44,690 nt of DNA from a virus (IMGVR_UViG_3300038318_000524:1-44690); one strand, 5' to 3'; positions 7,271 through 16,933 are shown, counted from the stretch's first letter. The notes: a model not told the origin generated them from the letters alone. A program made the numbers and translations.

Positions 7271-9220
7271 GTGAAAAACTTGAAAAATATAAGTATAGAC
7301 TTGGAAACGCACAGCAGCGCCAATCTCGCCAAATGCGGTGTGTACAAATATGTGGAGGCACAAGATTTTGAAATAATCCTATTTGGATACAGCATTGACG
7401 GTGGCGAGGTTAGCGTAGTCGATTTGGCGCAGGGTGAAAAAATACCGCCTGAGGTGCTTTCTGCACTGGAGGATGATTCTGTTATCAAATGGGCATTCAA
7501 TAGTTCCTTTGAGCGCATATGCCTTTCCCGTTTCCTCGGCTATCCTGCTGGGGATTACCTCGACCCGTCCTCATGGCGATGTTCTATGATATGGTCGGCA
7601 TATTTGGGGCTGCCGCTGTCCCTAAAAGGCGTCGGCGCTGTTCTCGGTTTGGATAAGCAGAAAATGGATGAAGGCAAAGACCTCATCAAATATTTCTGCC
7701 AGCCCTGTGCTCCGACAAAGTCAAACGGCGGCCGGACACGCAATATGCCGTCCGACGCCGAAGACAAATGGTCGACCTTTAAGGAATATAACAAGCGCGA
7801 TGTTGAGGTTGAAATGCAGATACAGCAGAAACTCGCAAAGCTCCCCGTGCCGGAAAGCGTGTGGGACGAATATCACCTAAGCGAAGAAATCAACGACCGT
7901 GGCATCCGTGTGGATATGCCCTTTGTAGAGCAAGCAATCGCTTTTGATGAAAAGTCCCGTTCACAGCTCTCTGCCGCCATGCGGGATATTACAGAACTGG
8001 ATAATCCAAACTCCGTACAGCAGATGAAAGCGTGGCTTTCCGAAAACGGTCTGGAAACGGATACGCTTGGTAAAAAGGCTGTCGCTGAGTTGTTGAAAGA
8101 CGCGCCGGGCAACCTCGGCGAGGTGCTTCTGCTCCGTCAGCAGCTTGCGAAATCCTCGGTAAAAAAGTATACGGCAATGGAAAACTCGGTCTGCTCGGAT
8201 AACCGTGTCAGAGGTATGTTCATGTTTTATGGAGCCAACCGCACAGGCAGATTTGCTGGGCGGCTGGTGCAATTACAAAATCTGCCGCAGAACCACATTC
8301 CCGACCTTGCCGAAGCCCGTGGACTCGTTGCAAGCGGAAATTATGACGCGCTTGAAATGTTGTATGAGGATATCCCGGACACGCTTTCCCAGCTTATCCG
8401 CACGGCATTTATTCCACAGGACGGCAGGAAATTCATCGTTTCAGATTTCAGTGCCATCGAGGCGAGGGTTATCGCATGGTTTGCCGGAGAGACATGGCGG
8501 CAGGAGGTTTTTGAAAGCGGAGGCGACATTTACTGTGCGTCTGCAGCTGCTATGTTCCATGTCCCTGTGGAAAAGCACGGCGAAAACGGACATCTGCGGC
8601 AAAAAGGAAAAATTGCTGAATTGGCACTCGGCTACGGCGGCTCTGTGGGCGCACTCAAAGCGATGGGCGCTCTTGACATGGGACTTACCGAGGAGGAGCT
8701 TCAACCGCTGGTAAACGCATGGCGGCAGTCCAACCCTAACATAGTACGGTTCTGGTGGGATGTTGACGCCGCCGCTAAAAGGTGCGTAAAAGAAAAAACA
8801 ACAACCGAATCCCACGGCATACGGTTTGCCTATCAAAGCGGATTTCTCTTTATTACCCTTCCATCCGGCAGGCGGCTTGCTTATGTGAAACCCCGCATCG
8901 GTAAAAACCGTTTCGGTGGTGAGTCTGTGACATATGAAGGTGTCGGCGGTACAAAGAAATGGGAGCGGCTCGAATCCTACGGCCCCAAGTTCGTGGAAAA
9001 CATCGTGCAGGCAACATCCAGGGATATTCTCGTATATGCCATGCAGACGCTACGCAATTGTTTCATCGTCGCTCATGTACATGATGAGCTTATTATCGAA
9101 TGTGATAAGCGTGTATCCAAAGACGCAATCTGTGAGCAAATGGGACGGGTGCCGCTCTGGGCTAAGGGCCTTTTACTCCGTGCCGACGGATATGAATGCG
9201 AGTTTTATAAAAAAGATTAA
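7271..9220 (+). CDS. polA: Phage family A DNA polymerase with 3'-5' exonuclease domain
   Basis: ExoI IDLET, motif A SDFSAIEAR, motif B RQKGKIAELALGYG, motif C HVHDE; start may be GTG 7271 or TTG 7280. Confidence 0.93.
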   Translation: MKNLKNISIDLETHSSANLAKCGVYKYVEAQDFEIILFGYSIDGGEVSVVDLAQGEKIPPEVLSALEDDSVIKWAFNSSFERICLSRFLGYPAGDYLDPSSWRCSMIWSAYLGLPLSLKGVGAVLGLDKQKMDEGKDLIKYFCQPCAPTKSNGGRTRNMPSDAEDKWSTFKEYNKRDVEVEMQIQQKLAKLPVPESVWDEYHLSEEINDRGIRVDMPFVEQAIAFDEKSRSQLSAAMRDITELDNPNSVQQMKAWLSENGLETDTLGKKAVAELLKDAPGNLGEVLLLRQQLAKSSVKKYTAMENSVCSDNRVRGMFMFYGANRTGRFAGRLVQLQNLPQNHIPDLAEARGLVASGNYDALEMLYEDIPDTLSQLIRTAFIPQDGRKFIVSDFSAIEARVIAWFAGETWRQEVFESGGDIYCASAAAMFHVPVEKHGENGHLRQKGKIAELALGYGGSVGALKAMGALDMGLTEEELQPLVNAWRQSNPNIVRFWWDVDAAAKRCVKEKTTTESHGIRFAYQSGFLFITLPSGRRLAYVKPRIGKNRFGGESVTYEGVGGTKKWERLESYGPKFVENIVQATSRDILVYAMQTLRNCFIVAHVHDELIIECDKRVSKDAICEQMGRVPLWAKGLLLRADGYECEFYKKD

Positions 9221-9224
9221 AAAC

Positions 9225-9277
9225 CACTACGGATTTCCGTCCTTGCCTGTCCAGTACGAGGTGAGGACGGATTTTTT
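9225..9277 (+). promoter_or_regulatory. Dispersed motif A, copy 2 (hairpin with T tail; putative terminator plus promoter)
   Basis: CACTACGGATTTCCGTCCTTGCCTGTCCAGTACGAGGTGAGGACGGATTTTTT. Confidence 0.65.
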
Positions 9278-9306
9278 CGTTCAATTCACATTCGGAGGTA
9301 TCACAG

Positions 9307-9684
9307 ATGCTCTATATCAAAACAAAACTGGGGGACGGCAGAATCGTCAGGTCGGGTATTCAGGAGAACAACACCTACGCCGTGTGCGGCGAGTGCGGCA
9401 AGGAAATCCCCATTCATCTCAACGAGGTTTTTTCCGTTGACAACGCAAACCCGCTTGATGCGGATATTGTCTGCCCGGAATGCACCAGAAAGCACTTTGC
9501 AAAACAGAAACCCTCGATGGAGGACATTGTGCTTCTTGCCACGGCGCTGTGCAGGTTCGGCTACAGCAAGCAGATTCTCCGCCTGTATGACGAATTCGGT
9601 ATCAGCGCAATTCAGGAACTGGGGGTGCAGGATTACGGTGTTTATGCTGAAGCGCTGCTTTCTGCTGTATCAGACAGAAATTAA
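9307..9684 (+). CDS. Hypothetical zinc-ribbon protein
   Basis: CGEC...CPEC pairs; GGAGG RBS. Confidence 0.7.
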   Translation: MLYIKTKLGDGRIVRSGIQENNTYAVCGECGKEIPIHLNEVFSVDNANPLDADIVCPECTRKHFAKQKPSMEDIVLLATALCRFGYSKQILRLYDEFGISAIQELGVQDYGVYAEALLSAVSDRN

Positions 9685-9698
9685 GGGAGGGACAGATT

Positions 9699-10487
9699 AT
9701 GAACGATATTCAGATTTTCAACAACAATGAGTTTGGACAGATTCGAACTCTTGAGGAAAACGGCAGTCCGCTGTTCTGCGGTAAGGATATTGCGACGGCG
9801 CTTGGCTACGAAAATGCCACAAAAGCTGTCCGCGACCACTGTCGAATGGATGGGGGTCCAAAACGTTACCCCATCGTTGATGCCCTCGGTCGGACGCAGG
9901 AAGCGGTCTTTATCTCTGAAGGAGACGTGTATCGCCTTATTGTCCACTCCAAACTGCCGACAGCGGAACGCTTTGAACGATGGGTGTTTGACGATGTTCT
10001 CCCCACGCTTCGTAAACACGGCGCATATTTGACCACGGAAACGATGGAAAAAGTCATGAACGACCCGGATGCATGGATTAAGGTGCTGACCGCACTGAAG
10101 GATGAGCGCCGCCAGAAAGAACAGCTTCAACTGAAAACCGAGGCTGACAAACCTAAAGTCGTATTTGCCGATGCCGTGTCCGTTTCAGATGGCACGATAC
10201 TGATTGGCGAACTTGCAAAAATCCTTAAAGGCAATGGAATCGACATCGGTCAAAACCGTTTGTTTGAAAAGCTCCGCCGGGATGGCTTCCTTATCAAGCG
10301 CAACGGCTCGGATTACAATGCACCGACGCAAATGGCAATGGAACTGGGACTTTTCAAGGTCAAGGAAACCGCCATCACCCATTCCGACGGCCATGTCACC
10401 ATTAGCAAGACTACCAAGGTAACCGGGAAAGGTCAGCAATATTTCATCAACCGTTTTCTTGGAGAGCAAGGTGCATCGCATGAATAA
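9699..10487 (+). CDS. Phage antirepressor (BRO-N plus KilAC/ANT)
   Basis: FNNNEFGQIR...FERWVFDDVLPTLRKHGAY; C-terminal IGQNRLF...KVTGKGQQYF. Confidence 0.9.
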   Translation: MNDIQIFNNNEFGQIRTLEENGSPLFCGKDIATALGYENATKAVRDHCRMDGGPKRYPIVDALGRTQEAVFISEGDVYRLIVHSKLPTAERFERWVFDDVLPTLRKHGAYLTTETMEKVMNDPDAWIKVLTALKDERRQKEQLQLKTEADKPKVVFADAVSVSDGTILIGELAKILKGNGIDIGQNRLFEKLRRDGFLIKRNGSDYNAPTQMAMELGLFKVKETAITHSDGHVTISKTTKVTGKGQQYFINRFLGEQGASHE

Positions 10488-11019
10488 TAGGATTTTTGAG
10501 CCACGTCAATGGGTGTATGTGATTGAAAAAGCAACGAATCAGGTGAAGGTTGGGGTCACAACGAAAATCTCTGACCGTCTCGAAATGATTGAAAGAACGG
10601 GTGGTTTTCATATTTCAAGAAAGCGGATGTTCGGTCCCTTTCAAAACGGATATCAGATTGAGAGTGAAATACACAGGCATATCTGCTCACAGCAAATCAT
10701 CGGAGAGTGGTTTTCAGTATCTTTCGAACAGGCAGTATCAGTGGCAAGCACTGTCGCTGATAGCTTAGGCGACACAAGTGTTGCCAATGCAGCTGCGGAA
10801 CCAGATTATGAGGAATTACTGGATTTTCTTTATCCGTGGCCCAAAGAAGTGTGGGAAGTTCTTGGATTTCTCAATGATGCGGGGCTGGGTGTATACAAGG
10901 AGAAAAACGGCTCTATATGGTTTGAATCTGAGGGGTACGGAATTTTCAGCTTGGACTTCTTAAAAGGTTATATGGATGTCGTGAATCATCGGCAAGGAGG
11001 ACACCAGCATGAGTATTAA
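10480..11019 (+). CDS. GIY-YIG superfamily (T5orf172/MUG113-like) protein
   Basis: WVYVI...VKVGVT...R, ESEIH, GEWF motifs. Confidence 0.7.
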   Translation: MNNRIFEPRQWVYVIEKATNQVKVGVTTKISDRLEMIERTGGFHISRKRMFGPFQNGYQIESEIHRHICSQQIIGEWFSVSFEQAVSVASTVADSLGDTSVANAAAEPDYEELLDFLYPWPKEVWEVLGFLNDAGLGVYKEKNGSIWFESEGYGIFSLDFLKGYMDVVNHRQGGHQHEY

Positions 11020-11443
11020 CAAATTCAATGCCGAGGGGTATTGCGACCCAACGGCTCATGCTGCGCTCTCCGCCATTGAAGCGGAGGAAAAGGCGCTGCG
11101 GGCGTTTCGTCCTATCGTATACATCTGCTCACCTTATGCCGGGGATACGGACTGCAATATCAAGGCTGCACAAAAATATAGCCGCCATGCGGTGGACAAC
11201 GGGTTCATCCCCGTTGCGCCGCACCTGTTGTTTCCGCAGTTTATGAATGATACCGACCCCAAGGAGCGTGAACTCGGTCTGCTTTTCGGAAATGCCCTAA
11301 TGAGCAAATGCTCCGAGGTCTGGGTGTTCGGCAGCACCATCTCCGCCGGCATGGCGGCTGAAATTAAACGAGCTAAGTGGAAGAACTACCGTTTGCGCTA
11401 CTTTAGCGAAAATTGTGAGGAGGTATCCGGCAATGCTTATTAA
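11009..11443 (+). CDS. DUF4406-like (nucleoside deoxyribosyltransferase-like fold) phage protein
   Basis: VYICSPYAGD, APHLLFPQF, CSEVWVFG..IS.GM..EI. Confidence 0.7.
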   Translation: MSINKFNAEGYCDPTAHAALSAIEAEEKALRAFRPIVYICSPYAGDTDCNIKAAQKYSRHAVDNGFIPVAPHLLFPQFMNDTDPKERELGLLFGNALMSKCSEVWVFGSTISAGMAAEIKRAKWKNYRLRYFSENCEEVSGNAY

Positions 11444-13799
11444 AATATCCGTCTGCAATCGCAGGACTGATAAAAAGTATAAAAACAAAGAACTGGAATG
11501 GGATTACATTGTTGACCGCAACCGCAATCCCGTCCGCACCGCAGAAACGGCCGAGGAATATCCGAAGTTACCGAAGGCGCAGCGCAGTGAACTCAAGGAC
11601 ATCGGCGGTCTGGTCGGCGGCTGGCTGAAAGACGGCGCCCGTAAAAATGGAAATGTCACTTTCCGCACACTGGGACTACTCGATGCGGACAATATTACCG
11701 ATGGTACAGATTTTCCACTACAAGTCCGAACGGTGCTTGACGGTATCACCTATTTTATCTATTCCACCCACAGTCATACCCCGGAAACTCCGCGATACCG
11801 TATAGTTATCCTTTTTGGCAGAGAGGTCAGTGAGGACGAGTACCCCGCTGTCATGCGCATGGTGGCAAAGCAAATCGGCATGGATTATTTTGATGATTCC
11901 ACTTATGAGTCGAACCGCATGATGTATTGGGCTTCGTGTCCGGCAAATGGAGAATTTATCTTTGATGAGAAGTCCGGCGCCCCTCTCGACCCCGATAAAT
12001 ATCTCGGTATGTATGCCGATTGGCACGATGTTTCGCAGTGGCCGACTTCCTCACGACAGTCTGAAGCAGTCAAACGCGAAGTCAGCAAGCAGGAGGACCC
12101 GCTCTCAAAGCTCGGTGTGGTGGGGACATTCTGCCGCGCCTATTCCATTCAAACCGCAATCGACAAATTCCTCTCCGATGTGTATGCGCCTTCGGCTATG
12201 GACGGCCGCTACGATTATATCCCGGCCGACAGCAGCGCGGGCGTGGTCGTTTATGATGATAAGTTTATGTACTCCCACCATGCGACCGATCCCTGCTGCG
12301 GCAAACTGCTGAACGCATTTGACCTTGTTCGCATCCATAAATTCGGTGACGATGATGAAAAGAAGTCTTTTTCCGCCATGATGGATTTTGCCGTAAAGGA
12401 CGAACTTGTCAGCACCATGCTCCTGCGGGAAAAACAGGAATCGGCGGCGGAGGAATTTGACGATTGGACAAAAGGACTTCAGCGTGACCGCGGCGGTCTG
12501 CTGAAAAACAGCCTGCACAATATCACGCTGATTATGGAAAATGACCCGCAGCTTAAAAGTATTGTCTTCAATCAGCAACTTGACGGTATGGAAATCAAAG
12601 GCTCTGTACCTTGGAAACACCCGTCAAAATACTGGCGCGATGCCGATGATGCGCAGCTTATCAGCTACATTGATTCCCACTATGGCACCTTTTCTGCTCG
12701 GAACTATGATATCGCCGTTGCAAAGGTTGCCGATGACCGTTCCTATCATCCTATCCGTGAATTTCTTGCCTCCTTGCCGGAATGGGATACCGTCCCTCGC
12801 GTGGACACGCTGTTCATCGACTATCTTGGTGCTAAGGATAACACCTATGTCCGTGCCGCGACCAGAAAAACAATATGTGCCGCTATTACCCGTGTAAAAA
12901 ATCCTGGATGCAAGTTCGACACAATGCCCGTGCTGAACGGGCCACAGGGCATCGGCAAAAGCACCTTGATTGCAAAGCTCGCCGGAGAATGGTTTTCCGA
13001 CAGCCTGAACCTCGGCGATACCAAGGACAAGACCGCAGCAGAAAAACTGCAGGGTTACTGGATTCTTGAAATCGGCGAGTTGGCAGGTCTGCGCAAGGCT
13101 GAAACAGAAACACTGCGTTCTTTTCTCTCCCGGCAGAACGATATTTACCGCGCTGCTTTCGGCAAGAGAGCAACACCGCATCCGCGTCAGTGTATCTTCT
13201 TTGGTACAACCAATGCGGAGAGCGGCTATCTGCGCGACACCACAGGCAACCGCCGTTTCTGGCCGATAAAAACGCCGGGAAATGGAAGAAAGCGTTCTTG
13301 GGAGCTGACCGAATACGACATCCGGCAGATATGGGCGGAGGCCATGGTATATGTCGAGCAAGGTGAAACGCTGTATCTGTCACCTGAGATTGAAGCATTG
13401 GCGAAGAATGAACAGCGCGACGCTTTGGAAGCGGATGAGCGTGAAGGTCTGGTACAGGATTTTCTTGATACTCTACTGCCGGAAAACTGGGACAAGATGG
13501 ACACCTATGAGCGCAGAAACTTCCTTGAAGGCACAGGTGCCGGCGGCATCGGTCAGACAGGCACGGTGAAACGCACGACCGTCAGCAACATGGAAATATG
13601 GTGTGAATGCTTCTGCAAGGAGCGCGCCAATCTTAAGCGCGCTGATTCCAACGAACTGATGGCCATACTCGCAAAACTCGGATGGGCGCGCCGACCGAAA
13701 AAGGGTCCCATTCCACTCTACGGTCAGCAGTATGTTTATGATCCCAAAATCGATCCCGAAAAAATATTGGGACAGCAGGATGAGTTGGGAACGGATTAA
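11433..13799 (+). CDS. Primase-helicase, virulence-associated E (VapE) family
   Basis: N-terminal primase-like LDAD and YSTHSHT; Walker A GPQGIGKS; GTTN, DTTGNRRFWP; GAGGAGG RBS. Confidence 0.88.
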   Translation: MLIKISVCNRRTDKKYKNKELEWDYIVDRNRNPVRTAETAEEYPKLPKAQRSELKDIGGLVGGWLKDGARKNGNVTFRTLGLLDADNITDGTDFPLQVRTVLDGITYFIYSTHSHTPETPRYRIVILFGREVSEDEYPAVMRMVAKQIGMDYFDDSTYESNRMMYWASCPANGEFIFDEKSGAPLDPDKYLGMYADWHDVSQWPTSSRQSEAVKREVSKQEDPLSKLGVVGTFCRAYSIQTAIDKFLSDVYAPSAMDGRYDYIPADSSAGVVVYDDKFMYSHHATDPCCGKLLNAFDLVRIHKFGDDDEKKSFSAMMDFAVKDELVSTMLLREKQESAAEEFDDWTKGLQRDRGGLLKNSLHNITLIMENDPQLKSIVFNQQLDGMEIKGSVPWKHPSKYWRDADDAQLISYIDSHYGTFSARNYDIAVAKVADDRSYHPIREFLASLPEWDTVPRVDTLFIDYLGAKDNTYVRAATRKTICAAITRVKNPGCKFDTMPVLNGPQGIGKSTLIAKLAGEWFSDSLNLGDTKDKTAAEKLQGYWILEIGELAGLRKAETETLRSFLSRQNDIYRAAFGKRATPHPRQCIFFGTTNAESGYLRDTTGNRRFWPIKTPGNGRKRSWELTEYDIRQIWAEAMVYVEQGETLYLSPEIEALAKNEQRDALEADEREGLVQDFLDTLLPENWDKMDTYERRNFLEGTGAGGIGQTGTVKRTTVSNMEIWCECFCKERANLKRADSNELMAILAKLGWARRPKKGPIPLYGQQYVYDPKIDPEKILGQQDELGTD

Positions 13800-13941
13800 A
13801 TCGAACCCAGCGAACCTGAAATAAAGTCAGGATGAATATTGGGAACAGCCCTCAAGTAAAATCGGAAAGCGGCGAAAACCGCACAAGCACAGACTTTTTG
13901 CGTTAAGCACACGGCAACTTAACAGGCGCTGTTCCCAATAT
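13764..13941. repeat. Iteron-like TTGGGAAC repeats and 14-bp inverted repeat; putative replication origin
   Basis: ATATTGGGAACAGC (13836-13849) and GCTGTTCCCAATAT (13928-13941) are perfect reverse complements; variants at 13764 and 13785. Confidence 0.6.
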
Positions 13942-14051
13942 CCTAAAAAAACTAAAGCATTGAGAAAATAATGAATATTACCCTATATAGCTGAAAATCA
14001 CACATATTCGCGCGCATAGAGATTTTTAGGTTTTGGGTTTAGGAGAAAGAA

Positions 14052-14333
14052 ATGCGAGAAAAACAGACAGAGCAAAAGCTGGTGTCATCGGTAAAAAAGT
14101 TGGGCGGTATCTGCCCCAAGTTCACAAGTCCCGGCTTTGATGGAATGCCAGACCGAATCGTGCTTTTACCGGGCGGTCGCATGGCTTTTGTTGAAGTAAA
14201 GGCAATAGGATGCAAACCGAGACCTTTGCAGCTTGCAAGGCATGGGATGCTTCGGCGGTTGGGTTTTCAGGTGTATGTACTGGATGATGCGGCGCAGATT
14301 GGAGGGATTCTTGATGAAATACGAGGCACATGA
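14052..14333 (+). CDS. VRR-NUC domain nuclease
   Basis: GMPDRIVL...FVEVK...PLQ. Confidence 0.88.
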   Translation: MREKQTEQKLVSSVKKLGGICPKFTSPGFDGMPDRIVLLPGGRMAFVEVKAIGCKPRPLQLARHGMLRRLGFQVYVLDDAAQIGGILDEIRGT

Positions 14334-15678
14334 TTACCAGAAATATGCGACTACCTTTATTGAGGAAAATCCCGTGTCCGCCATTCTGCTTGATATGGGC
14401 TTGGGTAAGAGCGTCATCACCTTGACAGCCATAAACGACTTGCTGTTTGAGAGCTTTGAAATACACAAGGTTCTCGTCGTGGCTCCTCTGCGAGTTGCCC
14501 GTGATACATGGCCTGCGGAGCTTGAAAAATGGGAGCATCTGAATGGATTGATTTATTCCGTGGCGGTTGGCACTGAGGTTCAACGGAAAGTTGCGTTGCT
14601 GCAAAAAGCCGACATCTATATCATAAACCGTGAGAATGTGGAATGGCTGGTGGAGAAAAGCGGTCTGCCGTTTGACTACGATATGCTGGTGGTCGATGAG
14701 CTTTCGTCCTTCAAATCCTACCAGGCAAAGCGGTTCCGCAGTCTGATGAAAGTCCGACCTTCCGTAAAACGCATCACGGGTCTGACGGGAACGCCAAGCA
14801 GCAACGGCCTTATGGATTTATGGGCGGAGTTCCGACTGTTGGATATGGGCAAGAGGCTCGGACGGTTCATCACCCACTTTCGAAGTGATTATTTCGTGCC
14901 GGACAAGCGCAATCAGCAGATTGTGTTCAGCTATAAGCCGAAGCCCGGTTCCGAGGATGCCATATACCGTCTTGTGTCGGATATCACTATCAGCATGAAA
15001 AGCACCGACTATCTCAAAATGCCGGAATGCGTAATAAACGAAGTCCCGGTGCGGCTCTCCGAGAAGGAAATGGAATGCTACCAGACATTAAAGGACGATT
15101 TGATTCTCAGCCTTGACGGGCAAGACATTGATGCCGCCAATGCCGTAGGACTGTCGAATAAGCTGACGCAGATGGCAAACGGCGCTGTTTATGGCGAGGA
15201 CAGCAAGGTAATCGCAATACACGAGCGAAAACTTGATGCCTTGGAGGATTTAATCGAAGCCGCCAACGGCAAGCCCGTGTTAGTGGCATACTGGTTCAAA
15301 CATGACCTCTCCCGTATTGAGGAGCGTTTACAAAAACGGCATATTCCGTTCTCAAAGCTGGACACTGCCGATTCTATCAAGCGGTGGAATAACGGTGAAC
15401 TGCCCGTGGCGCTGGTTCATCCTGCCTCTGCCGGACACGGTTTGAATTTGCAGTCCGGCGGCTCTACGCTGATATGGTTTGGTCTGACTTGGAGTTTGGA
15501 ATTGTATCAGCAGACCAATGCCCGCTTATGGCGTCAGGGACAGGAAGCCGATACAGTGGTTATCCACCACCTCATCGCTAAAGAGACCATTGATGAAAGA
15601 ATTATGGTGGCTCTGAAAAAGAAGGACAAAACACAGTCCGCATTAATTGATGCAGTAAAAGCGGACTTGAAAATCTAA
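14314..15678 (+). CDS. SNF2-family helicase
   Basis: DMGLGKS, VVDELS, LTGTP, SAGHGLNLQ, QTNARLWRQGQ. Confidence 0.9.
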   Translation: MKYEAHDYQKYATTFIEENPVSAILLDMGLGKSVITLTAINDLLFESFEIHKVLVVAPLRVARDTWPAELEKWEHLNGLIYSVAVGTEVQRKVALLQKADIYIINRENVEWLVEKSGLPFDYDMLVVDELSSFKSYQAKRFRSLMKVRPSVKRITGLTGTPSSNGLMDLWAEFRLLDMGKRLGRFITHFRSDYFVPDKRNQQIVFSYKPKPGSEDAIYRLVSDITISMKSTDYLKMPECVINEVPVRLSEKEMECYQTLKDDLILSLDGQDIDAANAVGLSNKLTQMANGAVYGEDSKVIAIHERKLDALEDLIEAANGKPVLVAYWFKHDLSRIEERLQKRHIPFSKLDTADSIKRWNNGELPVALVHPASAGHGLNLQSGGSTLIWFGLTWSLELYQQTNARLWRQGQEADTVVIHHLIAKETIDERIMVALKKKDKTQSALIDAVKADLKI

Positions 15679-15714
15679 GACAATCTTTGACAACATACGA
15701 CAATCCGTGCCAAT
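15679..15714 (+). repeat. Four G(A/C)CAA(T/C) repeats at 10-bp period
   Basis: GACAAT 15679, GACAAC 15689, GACAAT 15699, GCCAAT 15709. Confidence 0.7.
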
Positions 15715-15749
15715 CCGAGGGAAACAAAATTTTATCGGAGGTACAGATT

Positions 15750-15944
15750 ATGAATCCCTATGAAGAATTAGCAAATGCCATCGTGCTGCAAGCGGTCAAG
15801 GACTATCGGCTGCATGACGATGAAAAGGAACTGGTGAGCATCGAGCGTTTCTTTCGTTCCGACTGGTTTGGTGTCCTGACGAGTATTAACCCGGAGATAC
15901 TAATTACCAAGCTGAGAAAGGAAAAGGTGCGCTATGACTACTAA
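15750..15944 (+). CDS. Small hypothetical phage protein
   Basis: 64 aa MNPYEELANAIVLQAVKDYR; GGAGG RBS. Confidence 0.7.
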   Translation: MNPYEELANAIVLQAVKDYRLHDDEKELVSIERFFRSDWFGVLTSINPEILITKLRKEKVRYDY

Positions 15945-16368
15945 AACCTACCTTTCTCAAGCACGTTATCTGGATATGCGCATCAAGTCCAAGCTCCAGC
16001 AGGTGGATTCTCTGAACGAGCTGGCAACAACCTGTACATCGGTCTTGACGGGTATGCCCAGGAACCCCAGTGCTTCTACCTCTCGTATGGCCGATGCCAT
16101 TTGTAAGATCGTGGACCTGCAAAACGAAATCAACCGCGATATTGATACACTTGTTGACCTCAAGAAAGAAATCATGGGTGTTGTAAAAGCTGTGGCCAAC
16201 CCAGAGCATCAGACCCTTTTGGAGAAACGGTACCTCTGTTTCCTCTCTTGGGAGAAGATTGCTGTGGATATGGGCTACGACCTGCGATACACTCACAAGC
16301 TCCACATTCGGGCGCTGGATGAGTGCAAAATCCCCGCTTCTTCTGAAGTGGACACGAAAAGACACTGA
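15934..16368 (+). CDS. Late transcription activator (RinA/ArpU/DUF1492-like)
   Basis: YLSQA...LLEKRYL..LSWEKIAVDMGY...LH..AL; last gene before packaging module. Confidence 0.8.
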   Translation: MTTKTYLSQARYLDMRIKSKLQQVDSLNELATTCTSVLTGMPRNPSASTSRMADAICKIVDLQNEINRDIDTLVDLKKEIMGVVKAVANPEHQTLLEKRYLCFLSWEKIAVDMGYDLRYTHKLHIRALDECKIPASSEVDTKRH

Positions 16369-16400
16369 AAGACATCTACCTCTTATGATAGTATTATAAT
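16351..16400 (+). promoter_or_regulatory. Putative late promoter: phased GACA(C/T) repeats plus TATAAT
   Basis: GACAC 16351, GACAC 16361, GACAT 16371; TATAAT 16395-16400; no good -35. Confidence 0.65.
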
Positions 16401-16421
16401 GGCGAAGAAGAAATAGAGATG

Positions 16422-16455
16422 GGCCTTCAGGGAGCAATCCTTGAGGGCTTTTCTT
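16422..16455 (+). terminator. Terminator-like hairpin in the late leader
   Basis: GGCCTTCAGGGA-GCAA-TCCTTGAGGGCT then TTTCTT. Confidence 0.5.
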
Positions 16456-16476
16456 ATGCCCAAAGGAGGTGACCCT

Positions 16477-16833
16477 ATGCCCTACAAACCTAAACGTCCC
16501 TGTGCTTATCCCGGCTGCGGTCGGCTTGCTGTACGCGAGCAATACTGTGCCGAGCATCAAAAAGTTGTTACAAAACAATACAACCAGTACGAACGCGACC
16601 CCGCTTCCAACAAGCGATACGGTCGTGCCTGGAAGCGTATCCGTGACCGCTACGTCAAGTCGCACCCTCTCTGTGAGGAGTGTGAGAAACAAAACAGGCT
16701 AACACCTGCCGAGGAGGTACACCACATCCTTCCGCTTTCCAAGGGCGGCGGTAATGAGAAGAGTAACCTCATGGCTCTATGTAAATCCTGTCACTCTCGA
16801 ATCACTGCCGAAGGCGGCGACCGGTGGGGGTAA
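16477..16833 (+). CDS. HNH endonuclease (terminase-associated)
   Basis: HPLCEEC...VHHILP..GG...NL..LC..CH; AAGGAGGT RBS. Confidence 0.9.
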   Translation: MPYKPKRPCAYPGCGRLAVREQYCAEHQKVVTKQYNQYERDPASNKRYGRAWKRIRDRYVKSHPLCEECEKQNRLTPAEEVHHILPLSKGGGNEKSNLMALCKSCHSRITAEGGDRWG

Positions 16834-16905
16834 TCAAATCTCCAGGACTTTCCAATGCGGACAGCGGCGTGGGGCTTCGTGTTGAAAAACGCACATTCAA
16901 ACGAC
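16826..16905. other. Candidate cos (packaging) region
   Basis: Intergenic between HNH and terS, GC-rich core CAGCGGCGTGGGGC; position typical of HNH/cos phages; cut site not determinable. Confidence 0.4.
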
Positions 16906-16933
16906 CGAATAGCCCCAGCTCAAAAGGAGTGTG

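Noticed and set aside
11433-13799. Virulence role implied by the VapE name (and the virulence-related label at 20061-20954)
   Set aside because: These are legacy family names; motifs and context indicate a primase-helicase and a phage hypothetical protein.
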